Shown here in pieces: positions 1 through 13,196 of a DNA stretch of 64,000 nucleotides; the stretch's first letter is position 1, and every line of letters starts with the position of its first letter. The DNA comes from Octopus vulgaris (lineage: Eukaryota): assembly GCA_951406725.2 (NCBI GenBank), contig OX597819.1, positions 32,426,001-32,490,000 on the forward strand, read 5' to 3'. The notes beneath the pieces were generated by a model that searched no databases, was not told where the DNA came from, and saw nothing but the letters and a program-made list of their open reading frames with translations. The position numbers were made by a program, and so were the translations under genes.

Positions 1-251
1 ACTTGTGTGTTCGAGGTAGTTGTGGGCACAACTACCTCGAACACACAAGTGCAAACAAGGAGTCAGAAAAGGCAGATGCCACTTAAATCTGAACACTACT
101 ATAGAAATATTCTTTTAAAAAACTTTTCTTCTAATTTTTCTAAATTTAATTATTTAATCGTTACAGTTGAAAAAGGTCTCAAAATGACCGAAACCGGTAC
201 TGAAATGTTCACTATAAAATTATTTTAGCATTTTCTATTTTTTACTTGTTT

Positions 252-255
<4 letters not shown>
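1..255 (+). mobile_element. Penelope-like pLTR remnant, fold-back (left arm runs off the window), ending in (TA)n
   Basis: 1-50 is a perfect 24-bp hairpin with a 2-nt loop. 66-255 is homologous to the element at 2325-2608. It carries an HHR motif at 161-205 and abuts a (TA)n tract. Confidence 0.65.
161..205 (+). ncRNA. Minimal type-I hammerhead ribozyme, U3:A8 core variant
   Basis: TTACAG-TTGAAAA(A)-GGTC tcaaaat GACC-GAA-ACCGGT-A-CTGAAA: stem I, core, 4-bp stem II, palindromic stem III and a GUA site. Confidence 0.65.
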
Positions 256-303
<48 letters not shown>

Positions 304-305
<2 letters not shown>

Positions 306-434
306 TCTCTTTTACTCTTTACTCTTTTACATGTTTCAGTCATTTGACTGCGGCCATGCTGGAGCACCGCCTTTAGTCGAGCAAATCGACCCCGGGACTT
401 ATTCTTTGTGAGCCCAGTACTTATTCTATCGGTC
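304..434 (-). mobile_element. SINE family A, 3' fragment
   Basis: Reverse complement of the 3' part of the copy at 11334-11720. Confidence 0.85.
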
Positions 435-439
435 ATATA

Positions 440-488
<49 letters not shown>

Positions 489-743
489 GCATACAGACAT
501 GTATGATTTCGTTTTTGTTTTGTATTCCCACTCTTTTGCCCTTATCGATCGACCTATCGATCATTCGTCCTATCCATCTTACCAGTCTATGAATCCTATC
601 GTTTATATTAATTATGTCATTTCATCGTTCACGTATCAGACTTTCCTCTCACTCTCTCTCCTTCCCTCTATCTATCTATCTATCACGCTTGTCCTTCCTT
701 CCTCTTCACTGTCAATCACCCCTTTCCTCTTTCTCTTTATAGA

Positions 744-777
<34 letters not shown>

Positions 778-963
778 ACTATTCCTCTCGTCGTACTAAG
801 TAGATTGACGTTTATTTCATCCTGTTTATTCTTTTCTACCGTCATTCTATTTTTCATGTCATTCCACAGTTTGGTTCTCCATCATTCTTTCCTTGATTTT
901 CTTCTTCTTCCACTCTGTCATTCTCTCTATCATCATGTTTAGTTTGTGCTTATTTTCTTTCCT

Positions 964-1007
<44 letters not shown>

Positions 1008-1258
1008 TCCTTCTTCCTTTCTTTCTTTCCCTCTTTCTCATTCTCTCACACACACACATATACTGTCACCAGCACACGAAGGTTTACATGTGTGTATGTG
1101 TGTGTCTGCAAACATATACATGCATATACGCATCTATCAATCTATGTACGTATGCACTGAATGTATGTATGTATATATATAAATATATATATATATATAC
1201 GCGCATGCATGTATGCGTACATGTATGTATATATATATGTGTATATATATATATATAT

Positions 1259-1297
<39 letters not shown>

Positions 1298-1349
1298 TAC
1301 ATGTATATATAGAGAGACACACACATGCACATACACACGCATGTATGTA

Positions 1350-1394
<45 letters not shown>

Positions 1395-1428
1395 AGAGAG
1401 AGAGAGAGAGATAGAGATAGATAGATAT

Positions 1429-1502
<74 letters not shown>

Positions 1503-1772
1503 GGATATAAACATATGCGTATACATTCAACCGATTGATTCTTAAATTGCGCACGCTGGTTGCAGTTCCCTTTTAATTAATCAATTAATTAATTGGAGTG
1601 TCCAGATCTTTGCTGAAACAACAACTAAGCCAGTTAGAATGATTTCCCTGCATCTGTCTCTTTTTTCGTGTCTCGTATCTATACGTATTCATGTATGTCT
1701 AAGTTTGTCTTCATGAAGGTAAAGCTTCACATATGTGCTACGATTTGTGTGCTTTTATTTTTGTATGTTTTT

Positions 1773-1859
<87 letters not shown>

Positions 1860-1971
1860 CTATACGCTGTTGCGCGCATATGTACAATGGATGTTCTAAG
1901 TTAGCAGCCTAAAATATAATATTACAAGGCAATAAATTAGTATTTATCAAAACAGTAATACACTCTAGTGA

Positions 1972-2192
1972 AGTGGCGTGGTTTAATGGTTAGGGGTAAT
2001 CGGCTCACGGTCGTAAAAGTCGCGTGTTCAATTCCGGGTGGCGCGTTATGTCCTTGAGCAAGACACTTTATTTCACGTTGTTCCATTTCACTCAGCTGGC
2101 AAAAGTGAGTTGTATCTGTAATTCAAAGAGCCGGCATTGTCACATTCTGTGTCATACTGAATCTCCCCGAGAACTACGTGAAGGGTACGCGC
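1972..2192 (+). mobile_element. tRNA-derived SINE family C (CORE-like domain)
   Basis: A/B-box-like head (tggtttaatggttagg...gttcaattcc) followed by tgtccttgagcaagacactt. Homologous to 14386-14707 on the minus strand. Confidence 0.75.
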
Positions 2193-2287
2193 GTTGGATA
2201 CCTGATGCCATCCACAGTTTTTAATATAAATATCACTGGATCCACCTCAGGGATTCCCCTTTCTGTTTTTCTCATTTGATTTGTATA

Positions 2288-2324
<37 letters not shown>

Positions 2325-2326
<2 letters not shown>

Positions 2327-2606
2327 AAAAAAGTCAAGGTAGAAAATGCTAAAATAATTTTATAAAAAACATTACAGTACCCGGTTTCGGTCATTGAGAC
2401 TTTTTCAACTGTAAGTATGGAAAAGAAATTTTTGAAAAATTAAATGAAAAGTTTTTAAAAGAATATTTGCATAGTATTCAAATACAAGGGCATTTCCCCC
2501 TTTCATGCCTATCTCTGTCTCTCACTTGAAAAAGTCTCAATGACCGAAACAGGTACTGAAATGTTTTTTATAAAATTATTTTAGCATTTTCTACTTTTAC
2601 ATTTTT

Positions 2607-2608
<2 letters not shown>
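2325..2608. mobile_element. Fold-back Penelope-like pLTR element between (TA)n tracts
   Basis: About 84-bp inverted arms (2325-2408 / 2526-2608). Both ends abut (TA)n, and an HHR motif lies in each arm. Confidence 0.7.
2372..2414 (-). ncRNA. Minimal type-I hammerhead ribozyme, U3:A8 core variant
   Basis: Minus strand reads TTACAG-TTGAAAA-A-GTC tcaat GAC-C-GAA-ACCgGGT-A-CTGTAA, with a 6-bp stem I. Confidence 0.6.
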
Positions 2609-2641
<33 letters not shown>

Positions 2642-2885
2642 TAAACAGTAAAAATAATTACAGACATGGACAAGAACATGAAACGCCACAGAGACGACAC
2701 AAGAACCACAGGACGGGACATTCGAAGCCCTCAGTCATCAGTCAAGAACCAGATCATCTTAGCAATTTCGGCTGATTAATCTTGAGATTGCTCCGATATG
2801 GGCAGCCATATATATATATATATATATATATATCAACTCGTGTGTTCCTTTTCAGAACTTCTACACAAACACACACACACACACA

Positions 2886-3040
<155 letters not shown>

Positions 3041-3088
3041 ATACCAGACTATCCGTGACCCGTGATCCGTTGGATCACCAATAGTTAA

Positions 3089-4296
3089 AGGTAACCGAAA
3101 AACTGCGTATCTCGGTAACACGTGGTCCGATTTACGCGAAACTTGTTTTATTCCGCTTGTATTCACATGAGCATCCAATTCATGACGCCTCCTGTTTTTT
3201 CTCTTTCCCTCTGTTTCGCCATACGTTCAGCTCTTCGAGCGTCCGAATCCTGATTTCTGCTGCCTTTGCCTCTTTCTCTCTGTTCCACCAGACGCTCAAC
3301 CCTTTCTTTATCAATCTCATCGATCTTTCTATTCGCCTGCCTGTCCCGATCATGGGTAAATATTTCATAAAGGACTCGCTCGTATTTAAGTGGGAAATAA
3401 TTTTTCTACAGGTTTTAACGAGTATATTCAACGTATCTCACCTCCAAACTCACCGCACGCCACTTTCTTCCGGAAACGAAAGGGGAGGAGTGGTGGTGGG
3501 AACCACGGTGTTTCCCACCAACGGAGTTTTGTTTTGTAGTTAGGTTACTTTTTTCTTTCCCAGATTGTTTCGCATGACATCGTAATCACGCATAAACGGT
3601 TCCTTTCCTCAGAAAAGAAAAGATTTGGCTGCTATTTCTTGCACGCCCTGCTACCACATAACAGCTTTTTCGGGTCCTTTATAGCAAATAGCTGTTACGT
3701 GGTCGCAGGGTTTGCTAGAAATAACAACGAAATCTTTGGCGGTGAGATACGTTAAATGCACTCGAAAAATGCCCATGGAGAAAAATTATTTCACACCAAC
3801 GTAACGAACGGGATTTTTTACGACATCTTTACCGTTTGTTAATGTCATTTTCACTTAAAAATATATTTTAAATATGTCAAAAAATTGTTTTTGTAATGGT
3901 ATTCACTTGAAAAGAGTTTTTAAAAAAATTAAAATATTGTTTGTTTAAAGAATGCTAAAATATAAATACTTGCTGTACAAGCAACTTAAATTTTTGAAAT
4001 CACATTCACTTAAAAATATTTCTTAATGATTAAAATATTGTGTCTAACAAAAGCGAAAATAGAAACATTTACTGTAAAAACAACTCATATTTTATCGTTG
4101 GCAGATTAGCCATAATGTGGCTAATGGAAAGGTTAGAGTTTCTTCCCTTTCGGGGTTAAGTTATTTTCGATGTATTTTCCCATTTTGCACCGTTTTGTGT
4201 ATCTATACCCACAAAACACCAAATATCTCAAGAATCAGTCGTCTTATTTACGCGAAACTTGTTTTATTCTGTTTGCATTCACATTTCAGGGGACCC
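3089..4296. mobile_element. Possible decayed non-autonomous DNA transposon (Kolobok-like?)
   Basis: Flanked by TTAA on both sides. The motif atttacgcgaaacttgttttatt occurs near both ends. The TIR match is weak. Confidence 0.3.
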
Positions 4297-4362
4297 TTAA
4301 TTCATATTATTTGCCCATAATACACATGCACACGCTCACACGCACACACGCACACACACACA

Positions 4363-4408
<46 letters not shown>

Positions 4409-5082
4409 TATATATGCATATATACACGCACACACACACGCACAAAAATACGTATGTGTGCGTGTGCGTATTCTATAATCAAATGAATATACTATGTTGT
4501 TTTTCTTTTTCTTATATGCGCACATGTGTGTGTGTCTGTGTGTGCATGTATGTATGTATGTATGTATGTATGTATGTATGTATGTATGTATGTATGTATG
4601 TATGTATGTATGTATATATGCATGTATGCATGAATGTATGTATGTATGTATGTATGAATGTATGCATGTATGTATGTATGTATGTATGTATGTATGTATG
4701 TATGTATGTATGTATGTATCAATGTGCGTCTGTATTCATCGTTTTTTAATGTTTTATAGCATTCGTCGTTGTTATTGCTTTGTTGTCTCCTTGTATGTTG
4801 TAGGTCAAAGTTTAGAATATATTCCATCCTATAATGACTCTTTATTCCAGATCTCTCATCCGCCATTAAAACTCTCCCTCTTCAACCTGATCGACACTAT
4901 CTCTTCAGCCATATCTATTTAAAACAGCGATATATACTATCACCTTTAACAGGAAATGGTGCGGCAAAATAGAAGTACTGTTTTCTCACTTCATTTCTCC
5001 ACACACACACACACACACATACATATGTATATATGTCTTATGTATATATATATAAATATATATATATATATGTATATATATA

Positions 5083-5115
<33 letters not shown>

Positions 5116-5299
5116 ATGTATACATATATATTTTGGTCTTTCTTCCCTTTCAGCTTTGTGGTTAAATGGTTAAATGGTGTTTTTAGTTGCCATGCTGTCT
5201 GCTTCTCTTTGCTTCATCGTTCTATAGTTCGTTGACTGTTGGAGATGTCATCGGCTTTATTTTGGATTTGTATACTCTGTGTATTTGTGCGCGGATTGT

Positions 5300-5361
<62 letters not shown>

Positions 5362-5547
5362 CTATATAGATAAGAAAAGATACATACATACACACGCATA
5401 TATAATAAACAATATACAAATCAGAAATATTATATATATGCATGTATATATATATATATATATATATACATACACACACACAAATATATATGTATTTATT
5501 TGTATATATATGTGTATATATCTATGTGTGTATATGTATCTGCTATA

Positions 5548-6104
5548 CAGGGTTATTCAAAGAGAGCAGATTCAAATTTATTTTTAAAACAAACGGTAAG
5601 AGACACAAACACATTCTTCATATTTCTTGATAGAGGAAAATATAAAGTTTATAGCTGAACATGATCAATTGAATTAAGCCTTAAATAAAATAATACTTTA
5701 ATCTTGTTTTAACGTTTCATTTTGTTCATTTTATTTAAATTTTATTTAATTTTCATTTGTGTAAATCCCTTAGAAAATGGTGACATCACAAGAAAAGTAA
5801 TTTTGTCAGCTGCTGTTTGAGAAATTCGAATCTATTGTGCAAGTGCAACGTGAATTTCGTCGCCAATTCAATAAAAATCCACCTCGTCACTAGCAAATTT
5901 ACGAATGGCATAAAAATTTCACAGAAAAAGTTTTCGATGTTTCAATGTTTGTCGAGCAACACATGGTGTTCATGTTGAGTGCATGCTACATTAATAGAAA
6001 CTGTAAACCTTCCCCCATCAAGAAATATGTAGAATGTGTTTGTGTCTCTTATGGTTTGTTTTGAAAATAAATTAAAATCTGCAATATCTTTTTGAATAAC
6101 CCTT
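5548..6104 (+). mobile_element. Internally deleted Tc1/mariner-superfamily element
   Basis: TIRs CAGGGTTATTCAAA...TTTGAATAACCCT with TA flanks. From 5777 a remnant reads MVTSQEK*FCQLLFEKFESIVQVQREFRRQFNKNPPRH*QIYEWHKNF (DUF4817-type N-terminal HTH), joined to the C-terminal FNVCRATHGVHVE. Confidence 0.85.
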
Positions 6105-6716
6105 TATTATCTATCTATCTATCTAACTAACTATGTATCTCTCTCGTGAATGTGTATATGTTTTTGTGTGTGAGTGTGTGTGTGAGTGTGTGCGTGTGTG
6201 TGTGCGTGTGTGTGTGTGTATTCATGTATATATATATATTAAATTAATTGTCTGCAAAAACACATCTAATCACGTACGCCACCCACCAAAGCGAATGACA
6301 GGGACCACCCGAACAATACCCAGAATAAGAGAACGAGGTCATCGAATCCTGCCGCTGATGGTGCACAGGAAAGACGACAGGTTACAAATGAGTGAGATCA
6401 GTAATACGTCGTTAATGACAAAATAGCTCCAACCATTAAAGGCATTTAGCAATTCCCATACAGGGAACCTCCAGCTGAAACTGGAATGCCTGAAACCCGA
6501 TATCTGTTTTACACTTAAAAAATAAAAAAAACGCAGACCAAAGGTCATACCGTATTATCTTATAGACCCAGTACTACGCAAAACAGCTGAATAAGTTAAT
6601 GACATACGTGTCATCTTGTACAAGGCCGGTCTGAAACAGTTTTCATTCCTCCCAGCTGAGATTCACAGCAATCAAGAAATACCATCGTTGGATGAAAAGG
6701 ATACGAGCTAAACAGA

Positions 6717-6834
6717 GAGGTAATATTTGCCCTCCCCCCTCCACTTAAACGTGGATGTTTTATTAAAACAAACTTTACTACGATAGTTACCATGAGAGAA
6801 ACTACTGCAGTTAGTGGGGGATAAATATTACATC
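6717..6834. mobile_element. Short MITE, same family as 9702-9902
   Basis: Ends GAGGTAATATTT...AAATATTACATC and shares cacttaaacgtggatg. Confidence 0.55.
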
Positions 6835-7599
6835 GCGGTATTATTACTGTCTTTGTTGCTAATATTATATGTTTACTCGCTAAATAATTATAGATAGACT
6901 TTTCTCGGGGCTCGGTAACTGTATAATGAATTTACGGCTCGCGAAAAGCCTCGATAAAACCACACAAGCTCCTTCTATGCACGAATAGTAGTGACACCAT
7001 CTGGAAATCACTGCATTTAATGAGCACATAAAACGTTTTAGATGCAGTAATTTTGGAAGAGACTTTAGAAAAGCAGAAGCGACGTTAGATTACACATATA
7101 AAATTTTCAACAGAAAGAAAATAAAATATCTAAGATTGTTAAATCTGACAGAAAAAAGTTGATGCATTAATCAGATTAAAACAACTGACAAAAATTTTCA
7201 TTGTTTCCGACTCTGCTCATTGTGAATTATCAGTAATTCGCTGAACGAACTCTTCTGCGAGAAAAGCAAACAACCGCTAAACAACAGGCATTAAAGTGTG
7301 TTTATAGAGTTACCTTCAAATGGTGAATTCGAACCTGTAATTCATCGAGATTCATCGGGAAGAAAAGGTTTCGAAAACATATATGCTACAAATATGTCTC
7401 TACATATCAGGCGAAAAGGGTTGCGTAGGGCATCCACTACAATCATAAGTGGGCACCAACAGGTCTAGATCATATTCAAAACTTGTGGCTGCGAAAAATC
7501 TGTCGATTACGCACTTTGTTTTAACAAACAATATATATAAGATGATCAAAAATACTATGTATACAGCGCTGTATTAAGCATTAAGCAAAATAAGCACTT

Positions 7600-7977
7600 G
7601 TTTAGGGCATCAAAGGAAGCGGTGAACCACAGAAATGAGAAATGATTTACGGCACAAATGAAATCACTTTAAACTCGCTAAAATAATAACGGGATGCCTT
7701 ATCTCTACTAAGAATAGGTGCAAATCTGTTCCGTAAGACTGATTTTGAGGATCTGATCAAAGAACTTGCAATTAAAAAAAAGGAGAAAATTTTCCGAAAG
7801 AAGTGATGGTATACAAAGATAAGCACATTATTTCCCATCTTACTGTTAGCTTTGTTTAATTTTGAAAAATAATTTATTTTATGGTTTTGTTATTGTTTAT
7901 ATTTTGGATTGCATATATTTGAAGGTAACAAAGTCTTTTAAGTTGTTAGGGCTTCTTTGGGTTTTAATCCGGTCCTG
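7600..7977 (+). mobile_element. hAT transposon 3' remnant
   Basis: About 7693-7790 encodes DALSLLRIGANLFRKTDFEDLIKELAIKKRRK, resembling the hAT dimerisation-domain C-terminus. It ends in ttaatccggtcctg, a CAGGGCCGGATT-type TIR. Confidence 0.7.
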
Positions 7978-8958
7978 TATGTATAGTATCTGATTTAAAT
8001 TCATAGCTGGAGATACATGTCTTCCCTAAAAAGACAAAATCATGAGCAATCGAAAGTATTATTGTCCGCTGACTTACTTACCTACAATTTATAAATATTT
8101 GTCATAGCAAAAGAATTATGGATGGCCAATAAGAAGTAAGATGCTCTCAGGAGTGATAATGTTTCCAGAGATATTTTTCTTTTATTCTGGAACTCAATGT
8201 AAAATTGTTGTTGTGTCAACTAGAGAGTTTCTATCCGATATTATTTCGAGTGGTGAATTATGATACGTTTCGATGACTCTTGGTTATATAATGCATGGTC
8301 AACCTACGAGAAAGTGATTCTGATATAACAGTTTGAGTTATGATGTTTGCACCTCTCATGTTCACATTGAAATTTGTATACTTCTCTGAAGCACCTTATG
8401 TGATTTGTTAGTAAGTCGTTTCATGTTGATGTGGGAATTGTTCATTCTGGTGTCTTGTACTATATTCTTTGCTTTCACGTCGAAAAGCAACTACAATACA
8501 CAGAAGCTTATCAATCTATATAAAGGTAAAATGTTGCTGTCTAAATGGTAAGGCAAATTCCTTATTCTGATAGCATAAACTCAGCTCAGATGAAATTATT
8601 CTCCTGAATATCAGTACCTCCACTTCAAAAGAAAATATAATCAAAACATAAAAAATTGTCAAAACAACACACTAGCACTTCTGCTAACTCACTGCCCTAA
8701 TAATGATTTCAAATGTTTATAGAAAGCTAACAATCCTAGGGGTAAAAATACGAAGGCAACAGCGAATTTCCGGCATCATTTGTTCAAAGCCTTAACATAT
8801 TTACCATTTGACCGAACCAGAGGTAGTGACGTGACTTTAGGTCAATATACTTGCATCACTGATTATACTTTTATACAAATATTTTATATATAGAGATTTA
8901 CTTGAAAAGTAAATATTTAAATCTATTTCGCCTGCGGAATTTTTTATTGGTTAATATC

Positions 8959-8995
<37 letters not shown>

Positions 8996-9009
8996 CACAC
9001 AGGTATGTA

Positions 9010-9045
<36 letters not shown>

Positions 9046-9701
9046 TACACATAAATAGATGCATACATACATTCGTTCATACATACATATACACACGCGC
9101 ATGTAAATGTACAAATATATGTGTGTGTGCGTAACACACTGTCTCTGTGTTAAAACGATTGTATTAATACACACACATATTCACAAACACACATACACAC
9201 CATCGTCCTTCATCAGAGAAAAGCATCTCTCCTTCTCTCTCGTCATTTCCTATCTCTATTTTTTCAGCTGGCCTCTATTAGTTTCTCTGTTAGTTTTGTT
9301 ACGTTTCTGCATCTATATCTCTAAGATTGCCAATGAAATCTTGCACCTTTCATCTTCTCCATCGATATACCTGTCATCTTCAACATTTCTGTTTATCAAA
9401 CTGTTTCTCCCTCATGTCCACTTTCTCTTAATCCGTCAGCCAACTGTCAGATCACACATCCTCTAATGTAGTGCGACTTGATGTTTTCATCGAGATACCT
9501 ATATGTAGCAAATATATTTGCCAGTTTCTATCTGACAGAATGTTTAGCGTTTATTGAAATAGTTCTTTTCTTTATGATATTAAACGAAGAAAAAAATACT
9601 ATCAAAAAACGAGAAAGTGTCTGAATATGGAATAGTCTTAACATCATGGTTTGCTAACACGCATCAACTGTTCAGTCCCTTGCAAATATAGACTACTCTT
9701 T

Positions 9702-9902
9702 GAGGTGTTATTTATCCTCACTTAAACGTGGATGTTCCGTTAGATCAAATATTACTGCAATAGCTACCATGATAGAAACTCTTATATTGGCTTTTGGTGC
9801 AAAATGTATTATTGTTTCGCTCCTGGTACCTACCGCGGTGTAGTCTGTTATAGTTTTTTTCTTACAGAACATCCACATTTAAGTGGAGATAAATATTACC
9901 TC
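9702..9902. mobile_element. MITE with ~40-bp imperfect TIRs (GAGG...CCTC)
   Basis: gaggtgttatttatcctcacttaaacgtggatgttc / gaacatccacatttaagtggagataaatattacctc. Confidence 0.65.
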
Positions 9903-9924
9903 TCGATATTAATACTTCCTCTAT

Positions 9925-10203
9925 GGCAGCGTGCGCGCTGGACAAAATGTTTGGCGATGTTTCGCCCATCGCTATGTTCTGAGTTCAAATTCTTGTTTGT
10001 CCCCTCTGCGTTTAGCCCCTTGTGGGTATTAAAGAAATAGGTATTTCGTCTGCCGCTACGTTCTGAGTTCAAATTCCGCCGAGGTCGACTTTGCCTTTCA
10101 TCCTTTCGGATCGATAAATTAAGTACCAGCGACACACTAGGCCGATGTAATGGACTAGTCCACTCTTCCAAATTCCAGGCCTGGTGTCTATAGTAAAAAG
10201 GAT
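9925..10203 (+). mobile_element. SINE family B (composite/nested)
   Basis: Contains gttctgagttcaaattccgccgaggtcgactttgcctttcatcc, shared with many copies in the window. Confidence 0.8.
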
Positions 10204-10221
10204 AATACTGCTTTGTCACTA

Positions 10222-10261
<40 letters not shown>

Positions 10262-11333
10262 TACTTTTTGCATGCGCAAAAATGTTCATTTATGTAATCA
10301 CTATTCAAATTATAATATCTAAGGTGGCAAAGAGTCGTTGGTGATCTGCAAGCGTGATCTAGCTTCCCTATTGCTTTGAACTCCTAATGCTGTTAAGAAA
10401 GACACATATGCTACGCTGTACTTATTTCTGTATCTTTGTAAATCTGAAACTCTGTTGATACTCTATTTAAGTGCACAATGGATACACCAACATAATTATT
10501 TCATGACAGGGTTTGCATTTTAGATTAATAAATCAATTCAAGTCCTTTTCATTCATCTGTCATCATTATAGAACTCAACTAAGGTTAATGATTAGTCGAC
10601 TGTTAAAAGACCTCAAAGACACATTTCTATACTTATAACATGATTTATCAGTGTTGTGCATTGATCGGCAGTATCCTCTGAGTTTTTATCTCACTGGCGT
10701 ATCATTTCAGCTGGCATATCATAGACAGTTTTCATGCACTAATTCGTAAGTTAGGACGGTGTTAACATTCATTAACTCTCACTATAATACAACGTTTCAA
10801 CTATTTTCCAGTACAATTCAACACCAATTAAGTCAAATTGCCAGTCGTCAGCCAGGATAATATCGCTTCATGCATGTAACTTGGATGGGAAATTTCTGTT
10901 TAATTTTCATTGTTTTCTTTCAGATCTTTCGTTCATGGACAGCGTATTAACCGAGTCGTTAGAGAATCGGACGAAATGCCTTGAAGTATTTATTCTGGAT
11001 GATTGCTGGCTGATTTAAAAACCTATCAAGGTCAACATAACCTTTCATTCATTTATAAAATGCCTATCTAGGGATGATGTACAGGCGAAATCGTAAGCGA
11101 GTGGAATGGGATGTCATGCAGTATTTGTTCTCTTTCTTTGTAATTCTGGTTCAAAGCCTACCGTAGGTGGTGGTCTTACTCAGTCGCCTGGTTTAAGGCT
11201 ATTACCTGGCACATTGGGTGTTATGTCTCCGATTTGTAGATTCCTTCCTCCCTTCTTCTCACCAGTCTGGGAAGCCTAGAAAATTCTCCTGACTCAGAAA
11301 ATTAATTTTTTAAGTCATAGAGAAAATCATAAA

Positions 11334-11720
11334 GGCGCAGGAGTGGCTGTGTGGTAAGTAGCTTGCTAACCAATCACATGGTTCCGGGTTCAGTCCCACT
11401 GCGTGGCATCTTGGGCGAGTGTCTTCTGCTACAGCCCCGGGCTGACCAATGCCTTGTGAGTGGATTTGGTAGACGGAAACTGAAAGAAGCCTGTCGTATA
11501 TATGTATGTGTGTGTGTGTTTGTCCCCCTAGCATTGCTTGACAACCGATGCTGGTGTGTTTACGTCCCCATCGCTTAGCGGTTCGGCAAAAGAGGGACCG
11601 ATAGAATAAGTACTGGGCTTACAAAAGAATAAGTCCCGGGGTCGAGTTGCTCGACTAAAGGCGGTGCTCCAGCATGGCCGCAGTCAAATGACTGAAACAA
11701 GTAAAAAGAGTAAAGAGTAA
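11334..11720 (+). mobile_element. Full-length tRNA-derived SINE family A
   Basis: A box tggctgtgtgg, B box ggttcagtccc, cttgggcgagtgtctt CORE-like segment, internal (TG)n and a gagtaaa tail. About 10 further copies occur in the window. Confidence 0.9.
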
Positions 11721-13120
11721 AGACAGAGAAATGTTTCAGTTGATATAAAAAGTAATTTGCCAATCTCAGCATTCATAAGGAAATTAAAGGCTAAAGTGCA
11801 GACAATCGTTTTTCGCTAGCAAAAAGAAACATTTTGCTGAATGGTACTGAATATTTTGCTACAAACATATAACAGTAGTCGCATGATTCCAATTTAACGT
11901 TCACAATCCTTCCAAACTGACCTTAACATCTATTCTATGTTTGTTGAAACAAATAGAGATTTCCTAGCATGTAGTTAACGATCAATTTTAGCGAGCTTAG
12001 ATGATAGACATTCCGAGCTGACTTGAACAGCAATTAATATCTGTGTAACATCTATTGTACAATGACATAATGTTTATGTGAGCAACCAGCACTGGTTTAC
12101 ATTGGTTTACATTGATAGCAATTAAAGAACTATATATGCTTAGCATTGTGGAATTATATTACATTTAAGTGAACAACTATTCCTATCTATTTTTAACAAC
12201 TATTAAAAGACAGCTGAAAATATTTATTGCTGGTTTGTGTTAAGAACCATTACTGATTTATGTTGAAGACTATAAGAAAGTGATATTGATTTATGTGTGA
12301 CAGATATTCAGCAACATCTATTGTAACATGATATCACATTTTATTACATATTATGGAATTAAATTAGTAATCAAATGTTTCTGTATGTAGCTATCACTGA
12401 ATTGTGTTAGTAGCCTTTACTGACTTATATTGACAGTTATTATCGGAATTAAACACCATTGATGACTAACATTCAACAGCATGCTTGTTTTCATAGCTAT
12501 TTCTGCAATGTTTAAGGTTATTGTAAGTTTACCTTTATAGTCTTTGCCTGTTCACGTTGGAGACGTTAATGGATCTAAGCTAATTACGCCTCGCATATAT
12601 ACGTAGATTGTTAGCCATAACTGTTTTATGCTAACATCTATGCTTGATTTATATGAATAATCATAACTTCCAAGCATATTTTCTCCGACGCCCCCCGTTT
12701 ACATAATATACGGGTTGCATTAAGGAAAGTACACTCAAACCATAATTATTACACCCGAACAGTAATTGCTAAACAATACTGACAAAGAACGCTGATTTAT
12801 ATACTCAGCCGTAACCTATTTATATCACTAGACATAACCGTTTTATACCATCAAATATCGACTGAAATATACAGGCAGTCGTGAATCAGCCATACAAAAC
12901 AGGCAGCCATTATAGATTCATCCAAGCCATAACAATTGAATCATTCTTGAATGTATTAACTAAACCATCATCTTAGTTCTGAATAGTATATATTATCACA
13001 CGATGTGCTATTTTACATTAGTAAACAAGAGTGAATTGTACAAACAAACGAGACAGGGTGTTATACAAACAATACTGAATTTGAATGTCAAATATGACTG
13101 AATTATTCTGAGAGACATAA

Positions 13121-13196
<76 letters not shown>

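Noticed and set aside
2700-2800. CTGATGA and CTCAAGA...GAAA on the minus strand of a TA-flanked island
   Set aside because: Cannot build stems I-III with GAAA/NUH. It may be a PLE end but is not a supportable HHR.
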